The notes beneath the pieces are model-generated. The model worked only from the letters and a program-made list of their open reading frames with translations. It was not told the origin of the DNA and did not search any database. A program made the translations under genes and the position numbers. Shown piece after piece: positions 17,089-26,920 of a DNA stretch of 55,691 nucleotides. Each line of letters begins with the position of its first letter. Position 1 is the first letter of the stretch. The DNA is from an uncultured virus (IMG/VR IMGVR_UViG_3300043436_004224) (Duplodnaviria > Heunggongvirae > Uroviricota > Caudoviricetes): IMG/VR virus record IMGVR_UViG_3300043436_004224; one strand, written 5' to 3'.

Positions 17089-20000
17089 ATGTCCGATGCT
17101 CGTATGTATACAATCCCAGGTGGAGTTCAGGCCGAAGCAAAAAAAGCTCTTGCATGGCGTAAAGAGTACAAGCGCGGTGGTACACCTGTTGGATTGAATA
17201 CTGCACGCACTCTTGCTAAGGGCGGACAGATTGGCATTGAGAAAATTCGTCACATTGCTAAATACTTCCCTCGTCACGAAGTTGATAAAAAGGGTAAGGG
17301 CTGGGCACCAGGCGAAGACAAGTTTCCTTCTAACGGTCGTATTGCATGGGCACTCTGGGGCGGAGACGCTGGACAGCGTTGGGCATCTGCAATTGTAGAA
17401 CGTGTAAATAAAAAAGAATCTACCACTGCTTCTGCTGGCATATACGGTGTAGAAGATTTACAGCCAGAGAGCGAATTAAACGCTTTCAAAATGGCGCATG
17501 AATTAGACCCGAACGTTGGTCCAGAGTTTATGTGCCGAGTTCGTCTAGACAACTCTGGAATCGACAGACTATACAAAATAGACATTGATGGTCAGATTTA
17601 TGTCTGGGATGGTTCCGTTTGGGACAACATGGGAGACGTCGATGGAGATGTCTATCTCTATGACTCAGAGCTAGATAATCCAGACGATTTAGTAAAGAAG
17701 ACCCATGTTTTGGTGGACCCTTCTTCTGCTGTAGTTATCTCTGCATTCCTACAAGAGCGCCCTTTCACTCCAGTACTTCTAGAGGAGATTGACCCTGAGG
17801 AAACTCAGATGATGTACGACGCTCTAGCTGAAGAAGATTTTGACTTCATAGACAGAGTTATAACTTCTGCCGGTGTCCCTCTTTCAGGGGAAGGCGACGG
17901 TGTCTACACCGAAGACGAGCGTTCAGAGAATGCATCAAAGCAGGTAAGAGACGCTACTGGAAGATTTGCTACTGTAGGTCAGAGAGTGGCCGTGGGCGGA
18001 GACATACAAAGAGGCTCTGGAACTATAACCAAACTAGACGCAAAAAATGGGTTAGTCGACGTTAAACTAGACAGTGGAAAAACTGTAACTATTGATAGCA
18101 AATTCAGCCAGCCACTAAAAAATATCCCTGGCCCTATAGCAACACCTAAACTTCAAGATGTACCTTTAGATTTGTCCGGCATAATTGGGGAACCTAGAAC
18201 ACCAATTAATATGCCAAAGGCACACCTTCCGGGCTCGCTGCCCCCTATGACTTCAGACGAGCTTCAACTTATGCTTGACGACTTTCCTAGTTATGTCAGA
18301 CGCATGCGTCAGTCCTACAAACCTTACGATAAGGCGGACAAAGATAGGGTGCAAAAGAGATGGGGCTCAGACGTAGCTCAAGAGGCGTCTATATTAGCTT
18401 CGGCTGAGAAAGAGGAAGCTCTAACCCCAGAGACTACAGATGTTCCTGCTAAATACTTAGCCATAGTATCTCCAGACGACCTTGAAGCGGTTATGGACTT
18501 AGTAGCAATAGTACCTGCGTCTAAATCATCTACCGAGCCTACTACTTATGTCAGAGAAGACGAGAAGTGGGTACCAAATCCTCAAATTCTGCGCGATCTA
18601 AAGTCAGCTTCGCCACCACCGGTTGCAGCTCTAACTGACAAAGATATCTTGAACGATGTTCTCTTGCAGGTTGATGGCAAAGCTCCAGTTGTTGCAACTG
18701 GGTTGCCATTCTTCTTGTTCTGGGAAAAAGTTGTAGAGCCAATTCTGGCTGCTGGTGGACTAGACCGTAACCGAGGCAATGCCGAAGAACTTCGACGCTA
18801 CTGGACATCCGGTAAGGGTGCTGCCAAGATCCGCTGGGGTACTCCCGGAGACTGGACCCGCTGCGTCCGCAACCTCTCTAAGTACATGGGCCCTCGTGCG
18901 AAGGGCTACTGCCAGCTTCGCCACAAGGATGCAACTGGTGTATACACCGGGAGCAAATTAAACCCTGGTAAGAAAGATAAGTCTTTTAGTACTTTGACTA
19001 ACTTGTACGTTTCAGAAGAAGCGTTTGATGAGACTATGATTCAAAGATCTAGTCAATCAGCAGCAGCTAAAGATGCTCGAGAGAAAATTGGACTAGTTGC
19101 ATCCATTAAAACTGGTAAAGGCTCAAGCTTCACAATTCCAATGCTAGTTCCAGAAGAAGTAGAGTCTGGAGACGGTAGGAAGTTCCGTAAGGGCTCTATC
19201 TCGCTGCGAGACCTGCCAGTCCCTCTACTTTGGCAGATAAAAACTGGATCAGGGCACGATGGCTCTGTAGTAGTTGGAAGAATTAACACCATAGAAAGAA
19301 TTGAAGGCGGGCTAGGAAATGCGTCAGGAGTATTTGACGACGGCCCGTATGGAAAAGAAGCAGAGCGTCTTGTTAGAAACGGGTTCCTTCGCGGTGTATC
19401 CGTTGACCTAGATCAGTTTGAGGCAAAAGAAGATAAAAAGCCTAAATCTGAACTTGCAGATGGCGATGACGAGCAAGAAATCGGTAAAGACAAACTCACT
19501 ATAAATAAGGCACGCGTAATGGCTGCTACAATTGTAGCTAAGCCGGCATTCCAAGAATGCTCTATTTTACTTAATGCCGAGGGGGATCAGGAGGAAAACA
19601 TGACCCCACAAGATGGCGTATATGAAGAGTCTGTCACAGACTTTACTGACGTTGAGCCGCTACTAGCTTCAGGATTTCTAGACTCAGAGATACCTGTACT
19701 ACCACCACAAGAGTGGTTTGAAGACCCTAAGCTAACTAAGCCAACCCCTCTAACTGTAGACCCAAGCGGTCGCATCTACGGACACATTGCAGCATGGCAC
19801 GTAAACCACATTGGTATGCCTCGCTCAACTCGTCCACCGCGCTCTCGTAGCAAGTACGCATACTTCCACACTGGAGTAGTTAAGACTGATGCAGGCAAGG
19901 ATGTTCCAGTTGGACAGCTAACTCTTGCTGGCGGTCACGCAGACCTACACGCTAGCGCATCTCAGGCTGCTAAGCACTACGACGACACAGCTTCTGCAAT

Positions 20001-21390
20001 CGCAGACGTACATGCCGGAGAAGATGAGTTTGGTATCTACGTATGCGGCTCACTGCGTCCAGATGCAAGCGAGATGCAGATCCGTGCACTACGTGCTTCT
20101 GCCCCTTCGGGTGACTGGAGACCAATCAACGGCGCTCTAGAGCTTGTTGCAGTTTGTCAGGTTAACGTTCCAGGATTCCCTATCGCTCGTGCGCTAGTTG
20201 CCTCTGGAAAGATTATGGCTTTGGTTGCTGCTGGTGCTAACTACATGGCAATTCTTAAGAGTGAGCACGTAGAGCACTTTGCGACTAGGGCGCTTCTACT
20301 TTCGCAGCTTGCATCAACCTCTCCAGACCTTAAAGGCAGAGTTCGTACTGCTAAAAAAGCTGCTAGAGCATTTGCACTTGACTCGGCCACACGAAAAGCA
20401 GATGAGCTACGAGAAAGAGCTCTAGTTGCTTCTGCAATTACTGAGCTTGCTAAATTTACTGAAGAAGAAAGAGCAGAGCTGTCTGAAAAAGGTTTTGCTC
20501 TACCTGACGGTTCTTACCCTATTCGAAACGAAGAAGATCTAAAGAACGCAATACGGGCTTATGGTAGAGCAGAGAAGTCAAAAAGAGCATCTGTTCGTAA
20601 GCACATCGTAAAGCGTGCTCGTGCTCTAAAAAAGCAATCATTGATCCCAGACAACTGGGCTAACGCTGGATCAGCGGAAGCCATGTCTATCGTTGCTTCA
20701 ATGAGATCGAAGATCTCAGAGTTTGCCCTGCCAGAAGAAGAGATTACTGACGAAGATCTTGAAGAACTGATAGACGTTAAGGCAGAAGCTGACAAGCAGA
20801 CTGAAGAAGAGATTAAGGCAGCTGAAGAAGTAAAAAAAGGTGAAGCCCCTACCGTAGATAGGGACGAAGATGGTCGTCCTAAGTATGTGTCAGGGGTAAA
20901 TCAGCCTAGAGATGCTAAGGGTAAGTACCGCACAGTGTTGGCCCGCTTAAAGCAGGACTTAGGTGTTGCTGGACTATCTAGAGCCCTCAAAAAAGCAGAG
21001 CAAGCCGAAAACCTAGACTTTGCCGGAGATTACGCAAATTCAGTTGGAGCTAGCACCGAACTATTGGGAATGATAGACCGACTAGATTCAGGTGCCCTAA
21101 ACGCTAGAGCCCTAGAAAACGTCAGATTGACAGCTGCAGAGCTTGGTAAGACAATTGCAAACCTGCCACTACCCTTTGGTAAAGAGGCAAGCAAGCTAAA
21201 ATTTAGTGATTTGCCCACTGGGCTTAAAGACCTAATCGAACAAATGATTACGAGGGTCGAAGCCAAGATTGGTAAAGAGGACGCGGACATTGCCACGCAA
21301 AGCCTGAGGTCCTATATGTCCGGAGCGGACGTCTACTCTCAGGGTGAAGTTCAGTCTGAGATGAGCAAGCTACTCCGACTCCTTACCTAA
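17089..21390 (+). CDS. Capsid maturation protease-containing multidomain protein (1433 aa)
   Basis: Directly upstream of capsid gene; ESGDGR..F, PLLWQ...GHDGS.VVGRI and GVSVD prohead-protease motifs, plus several accessory domains. Confidence 0.8.
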   Translation: MSDARMYTIPGGVQAEAKKALAWRKEYKRGGTPVGLNTARTLAKGGQIGIEKIRHIAKYFPRHEVDKKGKGWAPGEDKFPSNGRIAWALWGGDAGQRWASAIVERVNKKESTTASAGIYGVEDLQPESELNAFKMAHELDPNVGPEFMCRVRLDNSGIDRLYKIDIDGQIYVWDGSVWDNMGDVDGDVYLYDSELDNPDDLVKKTHVLVDPSSAVVISAFLQERPFTPVLLEEIDPEETQMMYDALAEEDFDFIDRVITSAGVPLSGEGDGVYTEDERSENASKQVRDATGRFATVGQRVAVGGDIQRGSGTITKLDAKNGLVDVKLDSGKTVTIDSKFSQPLKNIPGPIATPKLQDVPLDLSGIIGEPRTPINMPKAHLPGSLPPMTSDELQLMLDDFPSYVRRMRQSYKPYDKADKDRVQKRWGSDVAQEASILASAEKEEALTPETTDVPAKYLAIVSPDDLEAVMDLVAIVPASKSSTEPTTYVREDEKWVPNPQILRDLKSASPPPVAALTDKDILNDVLLQVDGKAPVVATGLPFFLFWEKVVEPILAAGGLDRNRGNAEELRRYWTSGKGAAKIRWGTPGDWTRCVRNLSKYMGPRAKGYCQLRHKDATGVYTGSKLNPGKKDKSFSTLTNLYVSEEAFDETMIQRSSQSAAAKDAREKIGLVASIKTGKGSSFTIPMLVPEEVESGDGRKFRKGSISLRDLPVPLLWQIKTGSGHDGSVVVGRINTIERIEGGLGNASGVFDDGPYGKEAERLVRNGFLRGVSVDLDQFEAKEDKKPKSELADGDDEQEIGKDKLTINKARVMAATIVAKPAFQECSILLNAEGDQEENMTPQDGVYEESVTDFTDVEPLLASGFLDSEIPVLPPQEWFEDPKLTKPTPLTVDPSGRIYGHIAAWHVNHIGMPRSTRPPRSRSKYAYFHTGVVKTDAGKDVPVGQLTLAGGHADLHASASQAAKHYDDTASAIADVHAGEDEFGIYVCGSLRPDASEMQIRALRASAPSGDWRPINGALELVAVCQVNVPGFPIARALVASGKIMALVAAGANYMAILKSEHVEHFATRALLLSQLASTSPDLKGRVRTAKKAARAFALDSATRKADELRERALVASAITELAKFTEEERAELSEKGFALPDGSYPIRNEEDLKNAIRAYGRAEKSKRASVRKHIVKRARALKKQSLIPDNWANAGSAEAMSIVASMRSKISEFALPEEEITDEDLEELIDVKAEADKQTEEEIKAAEEVKKGEAPTVDRDEDGRPKYVSGVNQPRDAKGKYRTVLARLKQDLGVAGLSRALKKAEQAENLDFAGDYANSVGASTELLGMIDRLDSGALNARALENVRLTAAELGKTIANLPLPFGKEASKLKFSDLPTGLKDLIEQMITRVEAKIGKEDADIATQSLRSYMSGADVYSQGEVQSEMSKLLRLLT

Positions 21391-21394
21391 AAAG

Positions 21395-21405
21395 TAAGGT
21401 AAAAT
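21395..21405 (+). promoter_or_regulatory. Putative late promoter motif TAAGGTAAAAT for the capsid gene
   Basis: One-mismatch copy of the recurring motif. Confidence 0.6.
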
Positions 21406-21511
21406 TATACCTAGGTAGAGCGCCTCACGCCGACGTGTGTTGGGTCCCTCCACCTTGACTGATTAAACAGGACGTAAAATGCGTCCGACAACAACTGGCC
21501 TAGGAGGTACA

Positions 21512-23626
21512 GTGTACGACCAAATTAAAACTCAGCTAGACGCAATGTCTGAGTTAAGCGACGAACAGCTCGCTGAACTACAGGCAGATATCGTCAGCCA
21601 GTTCGAAATGGTTGAGGGCGAAGACCCGACTACTGAAACAGTTGATGCTATGCAGTCTCTAGCAGACTCTATTGACATGGTTCGCGGCGAGCTTTCTCGT
21701 CGTGAAGAGTTAGCAGCAGAACTTGCTGCTAAGGCAGCGGAAGCTACCGCTCGTGTTAAGGGTGAAGCTAAAGACATGCAAGAAGAAGATATGGCTATGA
21801 CCGAAGATGAGTCCATGGAAGAGCCTATTGCTGAAGAAATGCCTGCTACAGAAGATGTATCTGAGGATGCACCTGTAGAAGAAGTTTCTGAAGAAGTAGA
21901 GGAAACCGAGGAAGTCGAAGAGGAAATGGTCGAGGAAGAAGACAAGAAGAAGGAGAAAGAAATGTCTGTAGATGAAACTATCGCAGCATCCGCATCCGAA
22001 GAGTCGACTACCGAGGCTGTTGCACCTGAGACAGCTATCGAAGAGGTCGCTGCTCCGGAAGCAGAGCTTTCTGCAGAAGAGACTGTAGCCGAGGCTCCAG
22101 TCGAGGTAGAGGCAGTGGTCGAAGAGACTACTGTTGACACCGCAGAGGCAACCGAAGCAAGTGCAGAAGTTTCCGAGGAAGCTGAATTCTCAGCTGACTC
22201 AGAAGTTGAAGCAGAGGCATCACAAGCATCAACAAATCAGGAAGACGGTTCTGAACTATCAACCGAAGAAACAACCAACGAAAACATTGAATCATCAATC
22301 GCTCTTGTAGAAGAGCAGGAAGAGCAGGCCCCAGTGACCGCTTCAGCCGAACAGCCTTTCGAGGCCCCAGCTGACCGCCAGCCTGTTGTTCAGGTTACCG
22401 AAGTTCCAGTAGCAATTACTGCTGGTGCTGACATTCCTGGTTACACAGCTGGTAGCACAATCAACGACATGTACGAAGTAGCTCAGGCTATGGAAAAGCG
22501 AATCCACTCGCTTCGTCGTGTTAACGGAGGAGACGGAGAGCAGCACATTGTTGCATCTGTAACCACCTCGTTCCCAGAGGATCGCACCCTCTCAACCGAT
22601 GCAGAGTCTAACTCGATCAAGATCAACGCTGTTTCAAGCCAGGCACTTGTTGCTTCTGGTGGACACGCAGCGCCTCTAGAGGTCAAGTACGACATTTACG
22701 CAATCGGTTCTACCACCAACCGCCCAGTTCGTGACTCATTGCCACGTTTCCAGGCAGACCGCGGTGGTATCCGTTTCGTAACCCCACCAAGCTTTGCTGC
22801 TGGTACTTATGCTGACGCAGTCGGCGTATGGACTGCTGCTGTAGATGCTGCCCCAGAGAGTGCTACTAAGACTAGCCTAACTGTAGCTGCTGCTGCAGAG
22901 GCTACTGCTACCACTGACGCTGTAACCCTACAGCTACAGTTCGGTAACCTTATGACTCGCGCTTACCCAGAGTTGATTGCTCGCCACAACGAGCTAGCTC
23001 TAGTACAGCACGCACGTGAGGCTGAGCAGTATGTAATCGGCAAGATCGAGGCTGGCTCTACTGCTGTTACTTCTGGAACCCTAATCGGTTTTGGTCGCGA
23101 CTTCCTAGTATCAGTCCGCAAAGCAGCTGTTGCTTACCGTTCACGTCACCGCATCTCTCAGAGCACAACTCTGAAGGCAATTGTTCCTGACTGGATCTAT
23201 GACGCAATGGCAGCTGACCTAGCTCTAGCTATGCCAGGAGACGGTACTCTGTCTGTTGGCCGTGGCGAGATCGAGGGTTACCTATCCCAGCTAAACGTAG
23301 CTCTAGTTGCATCACCTGACATGACCGTTTTCGGTACTCAGGGTGGATCTGCAGCAATCCTAGAGTTCCCGGACAGCTTCAAGTGGTACCTATTCGCTGA
23401 GGGAACATTCTTGTTCCTTGACGGTGGTTCACTAGATCTAGGTATCATCCGCGACAGCTCCCTTGTTGGAACCAACGACTACAAGATGTTCGTTGAGACC
23501 TTCGAAGGTGTTGCAAAGGTTGGTATTGAGGCACTTGCAATCACCCAGACCGTTAACGTTAACGGTGTGGCTGCTGCTCTACGCGACACCACTGGTGGCG
23601 CAACTGCAGCTGCAATCGAGGTCTAA
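21512..23626 (+). CDS. Major capsid (hexamer-type) protein with N-terminal acidic scaffold region
   Basis: GTG start with AGGAGG RBS; Glu/Ala-rich N-terminus; LVASGG..AP, RGGIRF and LDLGIIRDS..TNDY..F.ETFEG motifs as in cluster B-like actinophage capsids. Confidence 0.85.
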   Translation: MYDQIKTQLDAMSELSDEQLAELQADIVSQFEMVEGEDPTTETVDAMQSLADSIDMVRGELSRREELAAELAAKAAEATARVKGEAKDMQEEDMAMTEDESMEEPIAEEMPATEDVSEDAPVEEVSEEVEETEEVEEEMVEEEDKKKEKEMSVDETIAASASEESTTEAVAPETAIEEVAAPEAELSAEETVAEAPVEVEAVVEETTVDTAEATEASAEVSEEAEFSADSEVEAEASQASTNQEDGSELSTEETTNENIESSIALVEEQEEQAPVTASAEQPFEAPADRQPVVQVTEVPVAITAGADIPGYTAGSTINDMYEVAQAMEKRIHSLRRVNGGDGEQHIVASVTTSFPEDRTLSTDAESNSIKINAVSSQALVASGGHAAPLEVKYDIYAIGSTTNRPVRDSLPRFQADRGGIRFVTPPSFAAGTYADAVGVWTAAVDAAPESATKTSLTVAAAAEATATTDAVTLQLQFGNLMTRAYPELIARHNELALVQHAREAEQYVIGKIEAGSTAVTSGTLIGFGRDFLVSVRKAAVAYRSRHRISQSTTLKAIVPDWIYDAMAADLALAMPGDGTLSVGRGEIEGYLSQLNVALVASPDMTVFGTQGGSAAILEFPDSFKWYLFAEGTFLFLDGGSLDLGIIRDSSLVGTNDYKMFVETFEGVAKVGIEALAITQTVNVNGVAAALRDTTGGATAAAIEV

Positions 23627-23649
23627 ACCCCGATAGCAAATCTCGTAGC

Positions 23650-23675
23650 GGGGGAGGTCAGCAATGGCCTCCCCC
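23650..23675 (+). terminator. Stable hairpin after capsid gene (terminator or mRNA stabiliser)
   Basis: GGGGGAGGTCA-GCAA-TGGCCTCCCCC; no U tail. Confidence 0.6.
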
Positions 23676-23713
23676 AATACAGAAAACTTAAGACTTAACT
23701 TAAAGGATTTTAA

Positions 23714-24589
23714 ATGGCTTTCACAAAGACTGGTGTCGTAACAGCACCGAAGATTGTGCCATCGGCTTTTGGTCTACTCGCCGTAGTCAAGCCAGAGAAT
23801 GGTCCTAACGAAGATCAGTGGATCCGGGGATTCTCTCAGGAGTGGGAGACAACACTCTATTCAGCAACCAACTGGGATGACTCAGACTCCACCGACGGTG
23901 AAGTAGTGGCTGCTGGAACACCAACTTACTACACAGAAATTAAGCCCTTCTTCATTGAGGCAGAAGAGCTTCGTTCAACACTAGGATTTAACGGCCTTGA
24001 CCGTATCGAGCGTTTAAAGAGGCAGATCGAGGGCATTACTCAGCAGGCTATGGAAGTAGAGCTTTGGGACGGTGCTGTCCGCAAAGGAGAGAGCCATGCA
24101 AACGTCGCTCTTTCGGATGCGTCTGCAACTATTCTTAACGGCGGAACTGCACTTTCCCCAAGGCGTGCAATTGCAGCCCTAGAGTTTGCAATTGGCGAGG
24201 CTTCTGACGGTGGCGAGCAGGGTGTAATACATCTAACTCGCGATGTTGCAGCACTTCTTGCTAGCAACTCAAACATGCTTTTTCACGAAGCTGGTAAAGA
24301 GCACCTACAAACACTAGGTGGAACTCCAGTTATCGTTGGTTCAGGCTACTCAGGTACTGGCCCAGACGGTGCAACTGGCGCAACCGCGTCAGCCACCAAC
24401 AAATGGATTTACGCCACCGGCACCGTCAAGACTTATGTTGGCGATGTCGATGTAGTAAACGACAATCTAGCGCAAGCATATGATGTGTCGGGAAATCAAA
24501 ATGACATGCGTCTCAAAGCAATCCGCCCAGCGGCTGTTTACTTTGACACATCCATCCACCTCGCTATTAGAGTCGATCTAACAGCTTAA
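23714..24589 (+). CDS. Second capsid protein (pentamer-type)
   Basis: 291 aa, directly after major capsid; GVIH and T.GGTPVIVGSGY motifs; synteny. Confidence 0.65.
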   Translation: MAFTKTGVVTAPKIVPSAFGLLAVVKPENGPNEDQWIRGFSQEWETTLYSATNWDDSDSTDGEVVAAGTPTYYTEIKPFFIEAEELRSTLGFNGLDRIERLKRQIEGITQQAMEVELWDGAVRKGESHANVALSDASATILNGGTALSPRRAIAALEFAIGEASDGGEQGVIHLTRDVAALLASNSNMLFHEAGKEHLQTLGGTPVIVGSGYSGTGPDGATGATASATNKWIYATGTVKTYVGDVDVVNDNLAQAYDVSGNQNDMRLKAIRPAAVYFDTSIHLAIRVDLTA

Positions 24590-24610
24590 CAACCTAAGGA
24601 GAATAGCTAT

Positions 24611-25717
24611 ATGGCTACTCAAGAATATGCTGCCAGCATCCAAGGTGTGTCGATTCGTGTCACCCGCCTAGATTCTGTCGGTAACTTACTAACTGGTCCA
24701 GCCGACAGTTACACGACTTCCGCTTTCATGCGTATTTCGTTCACCCCTGAGTACGAAGAGGGCGACGAGATCACCGAAAAGGGCGCTAACGGAGTTGTTT
24801 GTGTAACCTACAAGGCCCCAGACACACTAAAGCGTATCACCATGGAACTTGCTATTTGTGAGCCAGACCCAGAGCTATCTGCTTTGATTTCTGGTGGTCT
24901 ACTTCTTCGCAAGAACCTAGGAACTTCTGGACAGCCTGACCACAAGTCAATCGGTTGGGCAGCACCTGGCGTGGGCGATGACCCTGCTGGTAACGGTGTT
25001 GCTATCGAAGCTTGGTCACACGCAGTTAAGGACGGAAAGCGCGCAGGCGTTCTTCCTTACTTCCACTGGATCTTCCCATACGTGAAGATGCGTCAGTCTG
25101 GCGACCGAGTCATCGAAAACGGAATGCTTGCAACCACTTTCGAAGGCTTTGGTCTAGGAAACGCTTCATTCCAAGCTGGTGTAGATGGTCGTTGGGAATT
25201 CCCAATCGCAGCTGAGCGTCCATACGCTTATGCACGTGCAGACTGGGCACCAACTGGTCTAAGTGGTTTCTACACCTGGACTGATGGAACTGGTCCTGTT
25301 GTATTTACTTCACCTACTGCTAAGCAGCCGACCACTATTAGGTTGACTGCAGCCGCTGCAACCGTAACTGATAACAAGTCCACCCTAACCTTCAGCGCTG
25401 CCCCTGGTATCGCGGTTGGAGATGAGATTTACGTTCAGAACCTAGGCACCCTATTCAACGGTACTTGGACAGTTGCTAGCATCTCTGGAAGCACAGTAAG
25501 TTACGTCAACTCGGCTATCACTGAGGACGTAACTGGTGTTGTTGGCTCTGGAGCTCGTGTAACTCTATCTAACAGTGTCACCGAGACCTACCCAGCCCCA
25601 ACTCCTACAACTAGCGCCCAGATCGGTGTTGGAGACGACGCATTTAACGTTCCTGGTAACGTCAACTACAACGCTGACGTAGCGATCGACAACATCATCG
25701 CTTCTAACGAGAACTAA
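24611..25717 (+). CDS. Major tail (tube) protein with C-terminal beta-rich extension
   Basis: IRVTRLD..G, EEGDEI.EK.ANG..C and CEPDP motifs; synteny. Confidence 0.8.
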   Translation: MATQEYAASIQGVSIRVTRLDSVGNLLTGPADSYTTSAFMRISFTPEYEEGDEITEKGANGVVCVTYKAPDTLKRITMELAICEPDPELSALISGGLLLRKNLGTSGQPDHKSIGWAAPGVGDDPAGNGVAIEAWSHAVKDGKRAGVLPYFHWIFPYVKMRQSGDRVIENGMLATTFEGFGLGNASFQAGVDGRWEFPIAAERPYAYARADWAPTGLSGFYTWTDGTGPVVFTSPTAKQPTTIRLTAAAATVTDNKSTLTFSAAPGIAVGDEIYVQNLGTLFNGTWTVASISGSTVSYVNSAITEDVTGVVGSGARVTLSNSVTETYPAPTPTTSAQIGVGDDAFNVPGNVNYNADVAIDNIIASNEN

Positions 25718-25728
25718 ATAGTTTAAAG

Positions 25729-25770
25729 ACGGGTGGTGGCTTGAGCAAAATAGCTTGAGCTACCACCCGT
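25729..25770 (+). terminator. Long hairpin after major tail gene
   Basis: ACGGGTGGTGGCTTGAGC / GCTTGAGCTACCACCCGT inverted repeat. Confidence 0.65.
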
Positions 25771-25792
25771 TAAACTTATCTAAGAGGTAAAA

Positions 25793-26908
25793 ATGACCAA
25801 TAACTTATGGATTCAGCCCGAAGAGATGGGTGACTATTCGTATACCGAATATACTGAAGAAGCTGCCAAAGTTGCGACTTACCTACTTTGGTCAATGTCT
25901 GGCCGTAAATACACCGGTGAAACAACAGTAACTGAGCGTTACACCTGTACCCTACGCAATAACCGTATGGGTCCTTCAACTAAGACCAACTCTCCAGTTC
26001 TTTTCGGTGGAGACGTCTACAACATCCCCTCTGGCGACTACGATGAGTACTCAGAGCTGACTTCTGACGGTATGTCCCCCGACTCACGAATCAAACTTCG
26101 TGGCCGTCCAGTAACTAAAATTCACGCTATAAGAAACAGGCTCGGGGACATTTTAGATCCGTCAAGCTACTACCTTGTAGACCACTCAACCATTCACATC
26201 AAGGCCGGAACCCCTTGGACTCCATGTAACACTGAAGTTACATACTCTTATGGAACTCCCGTGCCAATTGCAGGAAAGATGGCTGCCCGTAAGCTTGCTA
26301 TCGAGTTTGCCAGACTTTGGTCAGGCGATGAGTCTTGCGAGCTTCCTCAGCGTGTAACCTCTGTATCACGACAGGGCGTTTCTTATACTATCCTCGACAA
26401 TCAAGAATTTATCGACGAGCTTCGCACTGGTCTATACGAGATTGATCTATTTCTAAAAGTAGCTAACCCAGACAACGCTCGCCGTAAGTCTAAGGTATTT
26501 TCTGTGGACACTCCTAGAGCCAGACGCTACAATCCAAAAGCTATTACTCTAACTGCAAACCCTCAATTTGATCTTACTTTAGTTAAAGGCGAGCCAGCTA
26601 CCTGGACCTCAGCCGGCCGGCCAACAGTATTGACTAACTTTTTCCCAGATAGCGGTTGGACTCCAGTCATCACTTTAAGGAGCTACTCAGGAGCTAATTC
26701 GGTAAACCTAGAGACCTCAGATTACACGCTTAACTCGGGAGCTGGAACATTAAACTTTACAGTTCCGTATGACAAGGCACTACGAGCTCTCGGGATGGTA
26801 GATCCTGGAACATGGACTCTATACGCAACAAAAACAATAGCTAATGTCCCAAATATAATAGAACTTGCGTCTGGAAACCTTCAGATCAAGATGTATCCAA
26901 ACCAATAG
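25793..26908 (+). CDS. Head-to-tail adaptor protein
   Basis: LWSMSGR, CELPQRVTSVSRQGVS and TGLYEIDLF motifs; synteny. Confidence 0.7.
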   Translation: MTNNLWIQPEEMGDYSYTEYTEEAAKVATYLLWSMSGRKYTGETTVTERYTCTLRNNRMGPSTKTNSPVLFGGDVYNIPSGDYDEYSELTSDGMSPDSRIKLRGRPVTKIHAIRNRLGDILDPSSYYLVDHSTIHIKAGTPWTPCNTEVTYSYGTPVPIAGKMAARKLAIEFARLWSGDESCELPQRVTSVSRQGVSYTILDNQEFIDELRTGLYEIDLFLKVANPDNARRKSKVFSVDTPRARRYNPKAITLTANPQFDLTLVKGEPATWTSAGRPTVLTNFFPDSGWTPVITLRSYSGANSVNLETSDYTLNSGAGTLNFTVPYDKALRALGMVDPGTWTLYATKTIANVPNIIELASGNLQIKMYPNQ

Positions 26909-26920
26909 AAAGAGAAAATA

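Noticed and set aside
21950..21964. Internal AAGGAG-ATG start within the capsid gene
   Set aside because: Lies in a Glu/Lys-rich stretch where SD-like words arise by chance; no independent support
21532..22140. Long antisense ORFs (also 12206-12871, 29026-29592, 30376-31119)
   Set aside because: Shadows of biased codon usage in well-supported + strand genes; low-complexity translations
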